A stretch of 48,510 bases of DNA, from contig CBFDUF010000001.1 of assembly GCA_965613095.1 (NCBI GenBank), positions 1-48,510 on the forward strand. Reading direction: 5' to 3'. The position numbers and the translations under genes are program-made. Below are positions 1-10,682 of this stretch, piece by piece; the stretch's first letter is position 1, and each line of letters begins with the position of its first letter. Below the pieces are notes generated by a model. The model saw only the letters and a program-made list of their open reading frames with translations. It was not told where the DNA came from and did no database searches. Origin of the DNA: an uncultured Thermococci archaeon. GTDB lineage: Archaea; Methanobacteriota_B; Thermococci; Thermococcales; Thermococcaceae.

Positions 1-3
1 TTT

Positions 4-69
4 CAAGCAGAAGACGGCATACGAGATGCTCAGGAGTCTCGTGGGCTCGGAGATGTGTATAAGAGACAG
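4..69 (+). other. Illumina Nextera adapter: P7 + i7 index GCTCAGGA (N704) + Read2 sequence + Tn5 mosaic end (artefact)
   Basis: Exact CAAGCAGAAGACGGCATACGAGAT-GCTCAGGA-GTCTCGTGGGCTCGG-AGATGTGTATAAGAGACAG. Confidence 0.99.
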
Positions 70-536
70 TGGGACCACCATTTGCTGTTGGTGTTGATTC
101 AGCACAAGACTGGATTAAACCAGGTGTAATAATAGCTTCAATGATGAAGAGAGTTGACGTTGGTGTCTACAGAGCTGTTGAAATGGTCGTCAAGGGCAAC
201 TGGCAAGGAGGAATAATGGAGCTTGGGCTTAACGAGCAGGGTGTTGGAGTAAGCACCATTGATGCTGTTAAGGAAATGTTCAACTCACTACCAGAAGACA
301 CAAAGCAACAAAAGCTTGAAGAACTTGGACTCAGCAGCGAAGAAGAACTCTTTGCCAAGCTTGAAGAAACGAGAAGCCAAGTTCCAGACTGGATCTGGCA
401 AGCCGTAAGTGAATTGGAGGCTAAGATTAAGAGTGGAGAGATAAAAATTCCATCAGCAACAACTTCAGAACAAATCGAAGCTATAAGAAACGCTGAGACA
501 TGGCAAGAGATGGAAGAATTAGGAAAACAATGGTAA
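70..536 (+). CDS. BMP family ABC transporter substrate-binding protein, C-terminal part (5' truncated by contig end)
   Basis: FAVGVDSAQD...IIASMMKRVDVGVY BMP motif; directly upstream of ATPase and two permeases; the ORF-track GTG start is created by the adapter junction. Confidence 0.88.
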
Positions 537-590
537 AACAACTGATATTTCCTTTCTATTTTCTCTTTATAATCTTTAGGGGGTGCATTT

Positions 591-2120
591 ATGAAAGAAG
601 CTCCACTCATTAAAATGGAGGGTATTGTCAAAATTTATCCAGATGGTACAAAGGCCTTGAAAGGTGTTGATTTTTCCGTAAAACAAGGTGAGATTCATGG
701 TTTATTAGGTGAGAATGGAGCTGGAAAAACTACTTTGATGAAGATCCTCTCTGGAATGCTCCACCCTACGGAGGGTAAAATCTTTGTTAATGGTAAAGGA
801 GTGAGATTTAAGAGCCCCGCTGACGCTCTTGCAAATGGAATTGGTATGGTTCACCAGCACTTCACGCTGGTGGATGTTTTTGATGGCCTTCACAATATCA
901 TACTTGGAATGGAGGGACATGGCCTCTTCTCTAAGATAGATGTCGAAAAAGCAATGGAAAAACTACAAAAACTTATGGATGATTTAAATTTTCAAGTCCC
1001 TCTTGATGTTCCTGTAGAGACTCTCCCTGTTGGGGTTCAACAAAGAATTGAAATCCTAAAAACATTATATAGGGATGTTGATGTACTTATATTGGACGAA
1101 CCAACTGCTGTACTAACCCCTATAGAGGTTAAAGAACTCTTTGATGTTCTTAAAAAGCTAAAGGCCCAAGATAAAACAATTATCTTTATCAGTCATAAAC
1201 TCAAAGAAGTTATGGAAATAACAGACAGAGTAACAGTACTTAGAAAGGGAGAAGTAATTGGAACCGTTAATACCAATGAAACATCCCCAAAAGAGCTCGC
1301 CAAAATGATGGTAGGAAGAGAAGTTGTTCTTAGGATAGAAAAACCTCCAAAAGAAGCAGAAAACCCTGTTTTGCAAGTCCAAGATTTATGGGTTAAAGGA
1401 GATAGAGACCAAGATGCCGTAAAAGGATTAACATTCGAAGTGAAAGCCGGAGAGATCTTTGGAATAGCTGGTGTTGAAGGTAATGGGCAAACAGAACTTA
1501 TAGAAGCAATAAGCGGACTGAGGAAAATTGAAAAAGGCAAAGTTATTCTCAATGGAAAAGACATCACTGGAAGACCTCCAAAAGAACTCTATGACCTTGG
1601 AGTGGCCCACATACCAGAGGATAGAATCCATATGGGTTTAGTAACAGAAATGAGTGTTGCTGAAAACTCCATACTTGGCCTTCACTGGAGAGAGACTTTT
1701 AGGGGGCCTATTGGAATGTTAAGGTGGAACAAAGCCAAAGAACACGCTACAAAGATCGTAAAGGATTTTGAAGTCTTAGTGCCAAGTATAGACGCCCCTG
1801 TAAAGAGTTTAAGCGGAGGGAACCAACAAAAGCTCATCGTAGCAAGAGAGACTAGCAAGCAACCTGAATTCATAATTGCATCTCAGCCCACGAGGGGTGT
1901 CGATGTTGCATCAACAGAATACATAAGGAATTACTTGATAAAGCTCAGAAATGAGAATAAGGCCGTTCTTTTAGTTTCTGCAGATTTGGACGAGATTCTT
2001 CAGCTTAGTGATAGGATGGCAATAATATACGAAGGGAAATTCGTAGGCATCGTTAAACCTGAAGAGGTTACCGAAGAGGAGATTGGACTAATGATGGGAG
2101 GTATTAAACATGAGAGTTGA
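591..2120 (+). CDS. ABC transporter ATP-binding protein (CUT2 nucleoside/sugar type, two NBDs)
   Basis: GENGAGKT Walker A, ILDEPT Walker B, second NBD GVEGNGQ and LSGGNQQK. Confidence 0.95.
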   Translation: MKEAPLIKMEGIVKIYPDGTKALKGVDFSVKQGEIHGLLGENGAGKTTLMKILSGMLHPTEGKIFVNGKGVRFKSPADALANGIGMVHQHFTLVDVFDGLHNIILGMEGHGLFSKIDVEKAMEKLQKLMDDLNFQVPLDVPVETLPVGVQQRIEILKTLYRDVDVLILDEPTAVLTPIEVKELFDVLKKLKAQDKTIIFISHKLKEVMEITDRVTVLRKGEVIGTVNTNETSPKELAKMMVGREVVLRIEKPPKEAENPVLQVQDLWVKGDRDQDAVKGLTFEVKAGEIFGIAGVEGNGQTELIEAISGLRKIEKGKVILNGKDITGRPPKELYDLGVAHIPEDRIHMGLVTEMSVAENSILGLHWRETFRGPIGMLRWNKAKEHATKIVKDFEVLVPSIDAPVKSLSGGNQQKLIVARETSKQPEFIIASQPTRGVDVASTEYIRNYLIKLRNENKAVLLVSADLDEILQLSDRMAIIYEGKFVGIVKPEEVTEEEIGLMMGGIKHES

Positions 2121-3141
2121 CATTAGAGGATTCATTAAACCCCTCATAGAAAGCCTGATTGCCATAGTAATAGGAATATTATTGGGGGCTATCATACTAG
2201 CATTTTCAGGATACAATCCTATTGAGGCGTATATTGCTCTCTTTGATGGTGCATTAGGCTCCAAATACGGATGGGCAATGACACTAAGTGCAACAACCCC
2301 CATAATGCTAACTGCATTAACATTTGGACTCGGAGCAAGAACCGGCCTCTTCAACATAGGTGCCGAAGGAACAGTGTATTTCGGGGCTATAGCAGCACTC
2401 ATTCTCACTAATATTTGGGGGAACATTTTAATGGGGCTTCTCGGTGGAATAATTGCTGGAATTGCTTGGATGGCCATTCCAGCATTTTTAAAAGTGTTTA
2501 GGGGTGTTAATGAGGTTGTCTCAACAATCATGTTAAATTGGATGGCCTATTTCCTCGCTTTATACATTGTACTCCAGAAAATACCCAATCCAGATGATCC
2601 AAACAAGACTATTGCAGTTCCATTAAGCGCAAGATTCCCTATAATAATAAGGGGGACAGAACTATCTTGGGCTTTTGCAATCTCAGTAATCACAGCTGTG
2701 TTGGCTTACTATGTCCTTTGGCACACTACTCTTGGATATGAGCTGAGGGTCAGCGGATACAATGAAAGGGCAGCCCGTTATGCAGGTATAAATCCCAAAA
2801 AGGCTATTATATGGTCTTTCCTTATAGGAGGAATCACAAGCGGCCTTGCTGGTGCAGTTGAGGTTATGGGAAGACCCCCAAGTTATGCAATAAGCCAGGG
2901 AATGGCAAATATTTATGGATATGGATTTGATGGAATTGGAGTCTCATTAGTCGGTAGGAATCATCCCTTAGGGATAATATTCAGTGGAATATTCTTTGGA
3001 ATGCTTAAAGCCGGGGCTACAGCTATGCAAATAGAAGCAGGAGTTCCTTTAGAGATGGTTAGAATGGTCCAAGGAATCATAGTTGTTACAGTTGCTATCC
3101 CAGGAATTTTAGATCTCCTAAAAAAGGTGGTGAGAAAATGA
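2110..3141 (+). CDS. ABC transporter permease (BPD_transp_2, nucleoside-type)
   Basis: Hydrophobic; GLFNIGAEG and GYELRVSGYNERAARYAGI motifs; overlaps ATPase stop. Confidence 0.92.
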   Translation: MRVDIRGFIKPLIESLIAIVIGILLGAIILAFSGYNPIEAYIALFDGALGSKYGWAMTLSATTPIMLTALTFGLGARTGLFNIGAEGTVYFGAIAALILTNIWGNILMGLLGGIIAGIAWMAIPAFLKVFRGVNEVVSTIMLNWMAYFLALYIVLQKIPNPDDPNKTIAVPLSARFPIIIRGTELSWAFAISVITAVLAYYVLWHTTLGYELRVSGYNERAARYAGINPKKAIIWSFLIGGITSGLAGAVEVMGRPPSYAISQGMANIYGYGFDGIGVSLVGRNHPLGIIFSGIFFGMLKAGATAMQIEAGVPLEMVRMVQGIIVVTVAIPGILDLLKKVVRK

Positions 3142-4043
3142 TGGACACAGCCCTTTCAATACTTATAGGAGGCCTGACAGCTATGGTACCACTTGTGCTT
3201 ACAAGCGTTGGAGCTACAGTTAGTGAGAGAGCAGGTGTAGTTAACATAGGCTATGAAGGAATACTACTCATGAGTGCATTTTTCGGGGCGGTGTTCGCCG
3301 AAATCGGCGGTAATCCATGGATTGGCTTAGTTGGGGGGGCCTTTATTGGAATGCTCCTTGGAATGTTGCATGGATTTATCACAGTGTACTTAAAGGGTGA
3401 TCACGTTATCCCGGGTATAGGCGTTAACCTGCTGGCCCTGGGTGTTGTGGCTTTCGGAATCCCTGCATACTGGGGAACTGCAGGACAGCACCAAGTCCCA
3501 TCAAACCTCAGAATACCCCCAATAATAAAGACTGCTTACGGAAGCCTAAGTCCAATGGTCATTATCACACTGGTAATAGCAGTTTTAACTCATTGGGTGC
3601 TCTTTAAGACTCCCTTAGGGCTTAGAATAAGATCTGTAGGTGAAAACCCCGAAGCAGCAGATGCCATAGGTATAAACATAGAACGTTATAGATTTCTAGC
3701 TACAGTATACGGAGCAACCTTATCTGGACTTGGTGGGGCATTTATGAGCGTCGATTGGCTTGGCACTATCACAAAACAGCTCTCAGCCGGTAGAGGTTTC
3801 ATCGCACTGGCAAACATGGTTTTCAGCGGATGGAACCCTCTAAGGGCCCTTTTAGGTGGATTTATCTTTGGGTTCTTTGATAATCTCTCAGTATGGGTAA
3901 GAACAACTCCTGCAGTCCAGAAAATTGTTCCATGGCAATTCGTTGCCACACTTCCATACTTGGTGACATTAATCATCGTTGCAGGGATAATAGGCAGAGT
4001 AAGAGCACCAAAAGCCGACGGAAAACCATACAAGAGGGAATAA
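3138..4043 (+). CDS. ABC transporter permease (second subunit)
   Basis: SERAGVVNIGYEG, GLRIRSVGENPEAADAIGI, AGRGFIALA motifs; ATGA overlap with preceding gene. Confidence 0.92.
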   Translation: MMDTALSILIGGLTAMVPLVLTSVGATVSERAGVVNIGYEGILLMSAFFGAVFAEIGGNPWIGLVGGAFIGMLLGMLHGFITVYLKGDHVIPGIGVNLLALGVVAFGIPAYWGTAGQHQVPSNLRIPPIIKTAYGSLSPMVIITLVIAVLTHWVLFKTPLGLRIRSVGENPEAADAIGINIERYRFLATVYGATLSGLGGAFMSVDWLGTITKQLSAGRGFIALANMVFSGWNPLRALLGGFIFGFFDNLSVWVRTTPAVQKIVPWQFVATLPYLVTLIIVAGIIGRVRAPKADGKPYKRE

Positions 4044-4049
4044 CTTTTT

Positions 4050-5021
4050 TCATTTCTTTATTATTACTCCAAATGCAGTTCCGAGGGTCACCCCCACTAT
4101 AAAGGCCAATATGATGTAAGTTGTGTTTAAGCTTTGTTGTGAAGGAACTTCCTGGGGAATATAAGTTCTAAAAGCTGAGACTATATTTGCTGAATTCTGG
4201 ATAAGAACTTCTGTGTATTCTTTTCCACTCCATATTGTGGAAATGCCAATTGTTGGGACTCCAGTTTTTCTGGAGAGTTCAAGCACAGCATTTTTCAATG
4301 ATTCTGGTGAATCCGCAGAGTAAACTATCACATCAACAGTTTTTACCATTTCCAAAAGTTCATCAACACTTTTAGCTGGAATCTCCTCTTCAGGCTTTAT
4401 TGAAGCAATAACCTCAATCCCCATCCATTCCAATGCATATTGTTGAGAAGGGAGTTCAATTATGGCTTGTTTTTCACTTGAATTCATTTTTTGATATGCT
4501 AAAATAATTGTCTCAACCTTTGCCTTAAATAACGAGTACTGGGCCTCAAAGATATTTTGTCCAGAATAACGTGTTTTTAAAGCTTCTTTTGTTGCTTCAG
4601 CAATTGCAAGAGCATTATAAGGATCCAGCCAAATACCATGAGGATTGTACTTGTTATTATACCATCTCTCAGGCAGATAACGGAAACCATACCTCTGATA
4701 ATCCTCTATTCCAAGAACCTCCCCTTTTAAGATACCCTCCTTTTCAAGCTCCTCTATTTTCCCCTCAGCGGGCAAGTGACCAATTGTAACTATAACATCC
4801 GCTTTTTGAATTTTTTCAATCTGCTCTGGTGTGAGCTGATACTGGTGTGGATCGACGCCTGGAGGAACAAGATATTCTACCTGAACACTTTCACCAAAAG
4901 CTTCTCTAACTATCTCTGCTATTGGTGCTATACTTGTAATTACTAGAGGCTTCTCTTGAGCAAGTGTGAAAGATAAAGGCGAGATTAAAAAGATTATTAG
5001 TATTAGTACCATCTTTCTCAT
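4050..5021 (-). CDS. Zn/Mn ABC transporter substrate-binding protein (ZnuA/TroA family)
   Basis: Signal peptide, VPPGVDPHQYQLTP and NPHGIWLDP metal-ligand motifs, C-terminal TM anchor. Confidence 0.88.
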   Translation of the reverse strand: MRKMVLILIIFLISPLSFTLAQEKPLVITSIAPIAEIVREAFGESVQVEYLVPPGVDPHQYQLTPEQIEKIQKADVIVTIGHLPAEGKIEELEKEGILKGEVLGIEDYQRYGFRYLPERWYNNKYNPHGIWLDPYNALAIAEATKEALKTRYSGQNIFEAQYSLFKAKVETIILAYQKMNSSEKQAIIELPSQQYALEWMGIEVIASIKPEEEIPAKSVDELLEMVKTVDVIVYSADSPESLKNAVLELSRKTGVPTIGISTIWSGKEYTEVLIQNSANIVSAFRTYIPQEVPSQQSLNTTYIILAFIVGVTLGTAFGVIIKK

Positions 5022-5091
5022 TATTAGGCCACCCTAATAAAGTTGATATTGGAGGTTTTAAAACCTTTTTAAAAGTGAAAGTTAAAAATCT

Positions 5092-5133
5092 CTACATTCC
5101 TCCCTAAAGGGTCAAGCTTCAAAAGAAAAAATA
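5092..5133. mobile_element. Degenerate IS200/IS605-end-like hairpin remnant (copy A)
   Basis: CCTCCCTAAAGGGTCAAGCTTCAAAAGAAAAAATA resembles copy C (CCTGCCCTGAAGGGTGAGGCTTTCACGAGAGTAAAATA). Confidence 0.45.
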
Positions 5134-5178
5134 AACTATCAAATATGCTGGAAGGATCAACGAAGATGGATTTTACAT

Positions 5179-5508
5179 TCAATCGTGACCATTACTCTTT
5201 CCATTCTTTATGTACGGCTTTCCTATTGCTATACTGAAGCCTTTAAATGAGTCATCCTTTCGATGGAACTCTATAGCTAATGGCAGGTTATTATCTTCAT
5301 TTATCACTATCCTCACGATTCTAGCCCTTGAATGATCATTTAAGTAGTCTTCCTTTAGTTTATCATAGTTCTCTAGAGTTTCATTTATTACATCTTCATG
5401 CATGTCGTAAATTTCCCTGGAATAGTTGCTGTGCCCTTTTATTGATTTTATCATATCCTCCTTATCCAAAGGTACCACAACCTTAGGCTTTGCGCCAAGA
5501 TTGCCCAT
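5179..5508 (-). CDS. Hypothetical protein (start uncertain)
   Basis: 109-aa ORF with native composition, overlapping the 3' end of the PRTase gene; could start at ATG 5454. Confidence 0.6.
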   Translation of the reverse strand: MGNLGAKPKVVVPLDKEDMIKSIKGHSNYSREIYDMHEDVINETLENYDKLKEDYLNDHSRARIVRIVINEDNNLPLAIEFHRKDDSFKGFSIAIGKPYIKNGKSNGHD

Positions 5509-6130
5509 CCAATTTAAATATCTTTCTCATCTGGGCAAATTTTAATGCTTCCTCCAATTTATCTTTAGGAACCTCCATCCCATGGAGCTCTTTAAACAAT
5601 TCTATTATTTCATCCGAAGTAAGAGATTCTTTTTCTTCAAAGAGATTGTTTACAAGGTTTATCATATCCTCAACGAAGTTCCAAGGGAAGACTATCCAAG
5701 CCCAGTCAATTTCCTCTCCAAAGTAATCTGGCCTGAATTTTGAGGTTTTTATTACCAACAGAGCGGCAACTTTAATTTCAGCTGGATTTTTACTCTCAAC
5801 ATAATTCTTTGCTAGAGTAAGGCTCTCTCCAGTGTCAGCTATATCATCCACTATTAAAACTTTCTTGCCTTCAAAGTCATACTGAGTACCATATTTTAAC
5901 CTTGCTTTCCCATTTGGAGTTGCTGTAACTCCCCAGTGTTCCACTTTAAGACTCACAAGCTCTTTAATGCCAAGGTAGTCACAGTATAGTCTTGCTGCTA
6001 CCCAACCTCCTCTTGCAAGCCCAACAACAACATCTGGGATCCAATTTTCTTTAAGAATCTTTATTGAACCTTCTTTTGCCCACCTTTCTATATCGTCCCA
6101 AGAAGCCAAGTATGCCGGAAACTTTTTCAT
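5483..6130 (-). CDS. Type I phosphoribosyltransferase (hypoxanthine/guanine PRTase-like)
   Basis: VVGLARGG and PRPP-binding VLIVDDIADTGESL; WIVFPW. Confidence 0.9.
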   Translation of the reverse strand: MKKFPAYLASWDDIERWAKEGSIKILKENWIPDVVVGLARGGWVAARLYCDYLGIKELVSLKVEHWGVTATPNGKARLKYGTQYDFEGKKVLIVDDIADTGESLTLAKNYVESKNPAEIKVAALLVIKTSKFRPDYFGEEIDWAWIVFPWNFVEDMINLVNNLFEEKESLTSDEIIELFKELHGMEVPKDKLEEALKFAQMRKIFKLDGQSWRKA

Positions 6131-6201
6131 GATTTCCCTTACTGACGTTAGTAGGGAAGTAATATTTAAGCTTTTCCCACGGAAAGAAAAGAAAAAGAAA
6201 A

Positions 6202-7527
6202 CTAAAATTGACCCTTAATAAGTCTCAGCGCAACCTCTTTGTACACCTCAGGCAACACCCTAAGGGATTCAATGTCCACATATTCATTAGGCCCATGAAT
6301 ATTCCCACCTTTGGGCCCAAAATCTATCGCCTTGACTCCATAAGGTGTGAAAAATCTTGAATCAGCCGCTCCAGGCCCTTCTACAGGCTCCGCTTTCTGA
6401 TCAAACTCCTCGAGTATTTTTAGCATTGTTGTCACTATTTTCTCTTCTGGATGTGTAAAAAGATAACCAGCTTTTTCATTACTTCTAATCGTGATTTCTG
6501 CATTAGGAATGTTGAATCTGATAATTTCTTTCAAAGTCGTTTCGATAGCCTCCTGAGAATAACTCATCGCCCTTATATCCAGCCTTAGAACGTGTTTATC
6601 TCCCTGATAAGAATATAGGTTGGGCGTAATGGAGACACCATAATCACTGTACTTTTCAGTCTTTATTGAGGCTTTCACAAGAGGTATTATAGCTTTCAAA
6701 AGCCTTGTTAATCCAAGATCCACCTCAATCTCTTCCCCATCACCCACTTCAAGATATTTAAGGGTCACTTCACTCGGTACAACGTTTCCCTTTAAGAATT
6801 TGCCTTCGAGAGAGACAACTAAAACATTACTATTCCTTAGGAAATGGGAAACAGCTATCATTGGATGAGCATCGACCCCTGGAAGGAAATAAGCAGCATG
6901 TCTCGTTTCAACTATAGGAGTGTTTATTCTAAACGTTCGCTCCTTTAAAGTCCCGTTAAGTTTAACTTTTTCTGAAGGCATGCTTATTGTAACTCCAAAG
7001 CCTTTTCTTCTTCGAATAATTGGTTTCATGCCAACCCCATCAGCGTTTATCATATATTCGGGCAGTTTACCCTCATTTCTAAGTTTCTCCGCAATGTGCA
7101 TGGCTAAGGTCCCACCTATTTCTTCATCCCCTGTAACTGCAAAGAGAACTTTTCCCTCAAGATCCATCTTCGATAATTCCTTAATAGCCAGCATTACTGA
7201 GGCAACATTTCCCTTATCATCGGCACTTCCTCTCCCATATGCCTTATTGCCCTTTATCACTAATTTAAATGGCTCTGTATTCCACTCCTCCCTGTTTACA
7301 GGTACAACGTCAAAATGGGCCATAAAAAGGATTTTTGGCTTTCCCTCCCCTATTTCACCGTAAACGGCGTAGTATCCATCCTTCTCGATCAGCTCAGTCT
7401 CAATGCCCCATGAAGAGAGGATGTCCATTACAAATTTGGGGCAGTCTTTAGAGGGCTTAATCCCCTTTGCTGGATCGTTTACCGTCTCAAACTCCACAAG
7501 TTCTGAGAGAAGTTCCACTATTTTCAT
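6202..7527 (-). CDS. M20/ArgE/DapE family metallohydrolase
   Basis: AHFDVVP, YGRGSADDKG, GDEEIG, NIHGPNE; start moved to ATG 7527 following GGTGG RBS. Confidence 0.92.
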   Translation of the reverse strand: MKIVELLSELVEFETVNDPAKGIKPSKDCPKFVMDILSSWGIETELIEKDGYYAVYGEIGEGKPKILFMAHFDVVPVNREEWNTEPFKLVIKGNKAYGRGSADDKGNVASVMLAIKELSKMDLEGKVLFAVTGDEEIGGTLAMHIAEKLRNEGKLPEYMINADGVGMKPIIRRRKGFGVTISMPSEKVKLNGTLKERTFRINTPIVETRHAAYFLPGVDAHPMIAVSHFLRNSNVLVVSLEGKFLKGNVVPSEVTLKYLEVGDGEEIEVDLGLTRLLKAIIPLVKASIKTEKYSDYGVSITPNLYSYQGDKHVLRLDIRAMSYSQEAIETTLKEIIRFNIPNAEITIRSNEKAGYLFTHPEEKIVTTMLKILEEFDQKAEPVEGPGAADSRFFTPYGVKAIDFGPKGGNIHGPNEYVDIESLRVLPEVYKEVALRLIKGQF

Positions 7528-7626
7528 AGTTCCCACCATTAAGATTTTCATCGAAATGATATTTAAAAATTGCTAAAGCAAAATACCCTCTTTACACACC
7601 CTCTTGAAAAGAAATTAAGAAAAAAG

Positions 7627-9051
7627 CTAAACATTTATTCTTTTCCAGATCGTTCCTTGAGGCGTGTCTTCAAGCTGAATCCCAAGCTCCCTGAGCTGGG
7701 CCCTTATTTTATCTGCCAGCTCAAAGTTTCTCTGTTTTCTAAGTGCACTCCTCACTTCAATTAGAAGGTCTATAAGTTCCTCTTCTTTGGTTTCTTTTGT
7801 CTCTTTGAAGTATTCCTCAAAAATCCCAAAGACCTCACTTATTATTCTAAAGAATTCTAATGCTTTTCTAAGAACACTTTCCTTTGGTTTTTCGACCTTT
7901 GTAAGATATGCGTTTACAGCATTTGCAACTTCAAAGATGGGTTTCATAGCCTCAGCAGTGTTAAAATCATCATCCATAGCCTCATAGAGCTTCTTCTTAG
8001 CATCCCTTATTGTTTCATAGAGTTTAAATTCCTCTTTCTCCCATTTAAATGGAATCTCCGCTTTTTCCATTGCTATTCTTATATTCTCAATCGTGTTATA
8101 GAGTCTCTCAAGGTTATTCTTTGCATGTTGTATCCCCTCTTCGGTATAATCAAGAGGTGAGCGATAGTGCTTCTGGAGAACAAAGAACCTTATGACCTCG
8201 GGAGAATATCTTTGAAGAAGCTCTCTTATAGTAACAAAGTTTCCAAGGCTTTTGCTCATCTTTTCGCCACTAACCATCACAAAACCTGTGTGAAGCCAGT
8301 ATTTGACCCACTCTTTACCCGTGCATGCTTCTGTTTGGGCTATTTCATTCTCGTGATGTGGAAAGATCAGATCATTTCCACCGCCGTGAATATCAAAGCT
8401 TTCCCCAAGGTACTTTGTACTCATTGTGGAACATTCAATGTGCCATCCAGGCCTCCCTTCTCCCCAAGGACTCTCCCATTTTGGCTCTCCTGGCTTGGCC
8501 TTCTTCCAGAGTGCAAAATCTTCAGGATTTTTCTTCCCTTCTCCTGGCTCAACACGTGCTCCTTTTCTGAGGTCTTCAAGATTAACTTTACTTAATTTTC
8601 CATATTTCTCATATTTTCTAACTTCAAAATAAACTCCATCACTACTTCCATAGGCATAACCTTTTTCCTCAAGTTTTTCCACAAATTCAATTATATCCTG
8701 AATATGCTCTGTAACTCTCGGATAAATATCGGCTGATTTTACTTTTAGAGCTTTCATGTCCTCAAGGAAATATTTTAAGAATTTTTCAGCGAGTTCTTTT
8801 GGATCTTCGCCGGTTTCGTTTGCTCTTCTAATAATCTTATCGTCTATATCGGTAAAGTTCATCACCATCAACACACTGTAACCTTTATGCTCTAAATACC
8901 GTCTTATTACATCAAAAGCTATGTACGTCCTTGCATGTCCCAGATGAGTGTAATCATAAACCGTTGGCCCACAGACATACATCCTAACCTCATCCTCTCT
9001 CAGAGGTTTAAACTCTTCTTTCTGCTTTGTCATAGTGTTATAAACTCTCAC
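7627..9051 (-). CDS. cysS: Cysteine--tRNA ligase
   Basis: CGPTVYD..HLGH, GRPGWHIECS, DIHGGG.DL.FPHHENE, KMSKS. Confidence 0.98.
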   Translation of the reverse strand: MRVYNTMTKQKEEFKPLREDEVRMYVCGPTVYDYTHLGHARTYIAFDVIRRYLEHKGYSVLMVMNFTDIDDKIIRRANETGEDPKELAEKFLKYFLEDMKALKVKSADIYPRVTEHIQDIIEFVEKLEEKGYAYGSSDGVYFEVRKYEKYGKLSKVNLEDLRKGARVEPGEGKKNPEDFALWKKAKPGEPKWESPWGEGRPGWHIECSTMSTKYLGESFDIHGGGNDLIFPHHENEIAQTEACTGKEWVKYWLHTGFVMVSGEKMSKSLGNFVTIRELLQRYSPEVIRFFVLQKHYRSPLDYTEEGIQHAKNNLERLYNTIENIRIAMEKAEIPFKWEKEEFKLYETIRDAKKKLYEAMDDDFNTAEAMKPIFEVANAVNAYLTKVEKPKESVLRKALEFFRIISEVFGIFEEYFKETKETKEEELIDLLIEVRSALRKQRNFELADKIRAQLRELGIQLEDTPQGTIWKRINV

Positions 9052-9181
9052 TTTTCCACCACCCAGAGAGAATTCTCCAAAGTTTTTATTAGATTATCGT
9101 TTTCGGCAAGTGCAAAGCTTAAAAACCCCCCTCCATAATCTAAACCAGTTTTTGAAAAAAGGAAAGATGGAGGTTATGGGT

Positions 9182-10054
9182 ATGAAAGTGGCAAAGAAAG
9201 ATGTAATAAAGCTTCACTACACCGGAAAGATCAAGGAGACTGGAGAGATATTCGATACAACTTACGAGGATGTTGCAAAAGAGGCTGGTATTTACAATGA
9301 AAAGGGGATTTACGGGCCGGTTCCAATAGCAGTTGGAGCGGGACATGTTATAAAAGGTCTCGATGAGGCTCTTGAAGGATTGGAAGTTGGAAAGAAATAC
9401 ACACTTGAAATTCCACCAGAAAAGGCCTTTGGAAAAAGGGACCCCAAGCTTATAAAGACCTTCACAATTGGTCAGTTTAGAAGGCAAGGTATTTATCCAT
9501 TCCCTGGCCTTGATGTTGAAATAGAGACCGATAGCGGTAAGAAACTCAAAGGTAGGGTTATGAGCGTTTCAAGTGGCAGAGTTAGAGTGGACTTCAACCA
9601 TCCATTCGCTGGAAAAACTGCTGTTTATGAAGTTGATATCCTTGAAAAAATCGAAGACCCAATAGAGAAAGTAAAAGCTTTAATAGAACTCAGAATCCCA
9701 AGAATAGACCTTGAAAAGGTACAAATTGAAGTGGGCGAGGAAGACGTCAAGGTTGAGTTTAAAGACCAGACAATCGATCCAAGAAACCTTGTACTAGGCG
9801 AAATCTTACTAGAAAGCGATCTCAAATTCTTAGGTTATGAAACAATTGAATTCAAGCCCACAGTTGAAGAGCTCTTAAAGCCACCAGAGGCAAAAGTCGA
9901 AGAAGAGGAAGAGAAAGCTGAAGAACCCAAACCTGAAGAAGGGGGGAAAGTGGAAGAAATAGTAGAGGAAGTTAGAGCGCAACCAGAAGAGAGCAAGGAA
10001 GCTGAGATTAGCATTGAAAAAACTGGGGAAGATAATGAAGAAAAAGAAGAATAA
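9182..10054 (+). CDS. slyD: FKBP-type peptidyl-prolyl cis-trans isomerase (long archaeal SlyD-like)
   Basis: IKLHYTG..FDTT, IPPEKAFG, VDFNHPFAGK; acidic tail; start placed after GGAGGT RBS. Confidence 0.93.
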   Translation: MKVAKKDVIKLHYTGKIKETGEIFDTTYEDVAKEAGIYNEKGIYGPVPIAVGAGHVIKGLDEALEGLEVGKKYTLEIPPEKAFGKRDPKLIKTFTIGQFRRQGIYPFPGLDVEIETDSGKKLKGRVMSVSSGRVRVDFNHPFAGKTAVYEVDILEKIEDPIEKVKALIELRIPRIDLEKVQIEVGEEDVKVEFKDQTIDPRNLVLGEILLESDLKFLGYETIEFKPTVEELLKPPEAKVEEEEEKAEEPKPEEGGKVEEIVEEVRAQPEESKEAEISIEKTGEDNEEKEE

Positions 10055-10085
10055 CCCCTCTTTATCCTTTATTCGGTGATTTCTT

Positions 10086-10682
10086 TTGAGAAAACTTCCG
10101 CTTCTTTATCTCTTTGGAATTTTTCTTATAATATTAAACCGCTCTTTAGGAGGCAATATTTATGAATGGACCCTTTATAATACTCTATTTTACATATTAG
10201 CACCTTTCATACTGGCCCTAACCTTAGGATTCAAACATGAAGACTTAGGATTCAAAATAGGCAAAAGAGATGGTTATATGTGGGCACTTGCACTTTTCCT
10301 ACTAACGCTTCCCATAAGTCTCTATGCCTCACAGCTTGAAAGTTTTAGGAGCTATTACCCATTATTTTCATATAACTCATGGAGAGAGTTTCTCTTCAAA
10401 GAGCTTTTCATTGGTGTTAGTATGTTTGCTCACGAAGCTTTTTACCGAGGAATTCTTCTCTTTCCTCTTGCCAAGAAAAATGAATGGTTGGGCATAATTG
10501 TTCAGAATATTCCTTATACATTAGTTCATATTGGAAAACCTCCATTAGAAATACCATACTCATTCATAGCTGGAATAGTTTTTGCAAAAATAGATTTAAA
10601 AAGTGAAAGCTTTCTACCAAGCTTTCTTCTCCACTGGATTGGTGCAATTGTATTTGATATTTTATGTGTTACAACGCTTTAA
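10086..10682 (+). CDS. CPBP/CAAX-type intramembrane glutamic protease
   Basis: Hydrophobic; HEAFYRG, LVHIGKP, FLLHW motifs; TTG start after GGTGA. Confidence 0.85.
   Translation: MRKLPLLYLFGIFLIILNRSLGGNIYEWTLYNTLFYILAPFILALTLGFKHEDLGFKIGKRDGYMWALALFLLTLPISLYASQLESFRSYYPLFSYNSWREFLFKELFIGVSMFAHEAFYRGILLFPLAKKNEWLGIIVQNIPYTLVHIGKPPLEIPYSFIAGIVFAKIDLKSESFLPSFLLHWIGAIVFDILCVTTL

Noticed and set aside
1-69. Terminal inverted repeats with Tn5 mosaic ends suggesting a giant transposon or linear element
   Set aside because: Exact Illumina Nextera adapter and index sequence, so a library artefact
4050-5021. Solo metal-binding protein as part of the adjacent BMP ABC system
   Set aside because: Convergent orientation and a different transporter class; its partners are probably elsewhere in the genome
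9880-10054. Low-complexity Glu/Lys-rich tail of SlyD as a repeat element
   Set aside because: Acidic tails are normal for long archaeal FKBPs; no nucleotide-level periodicity
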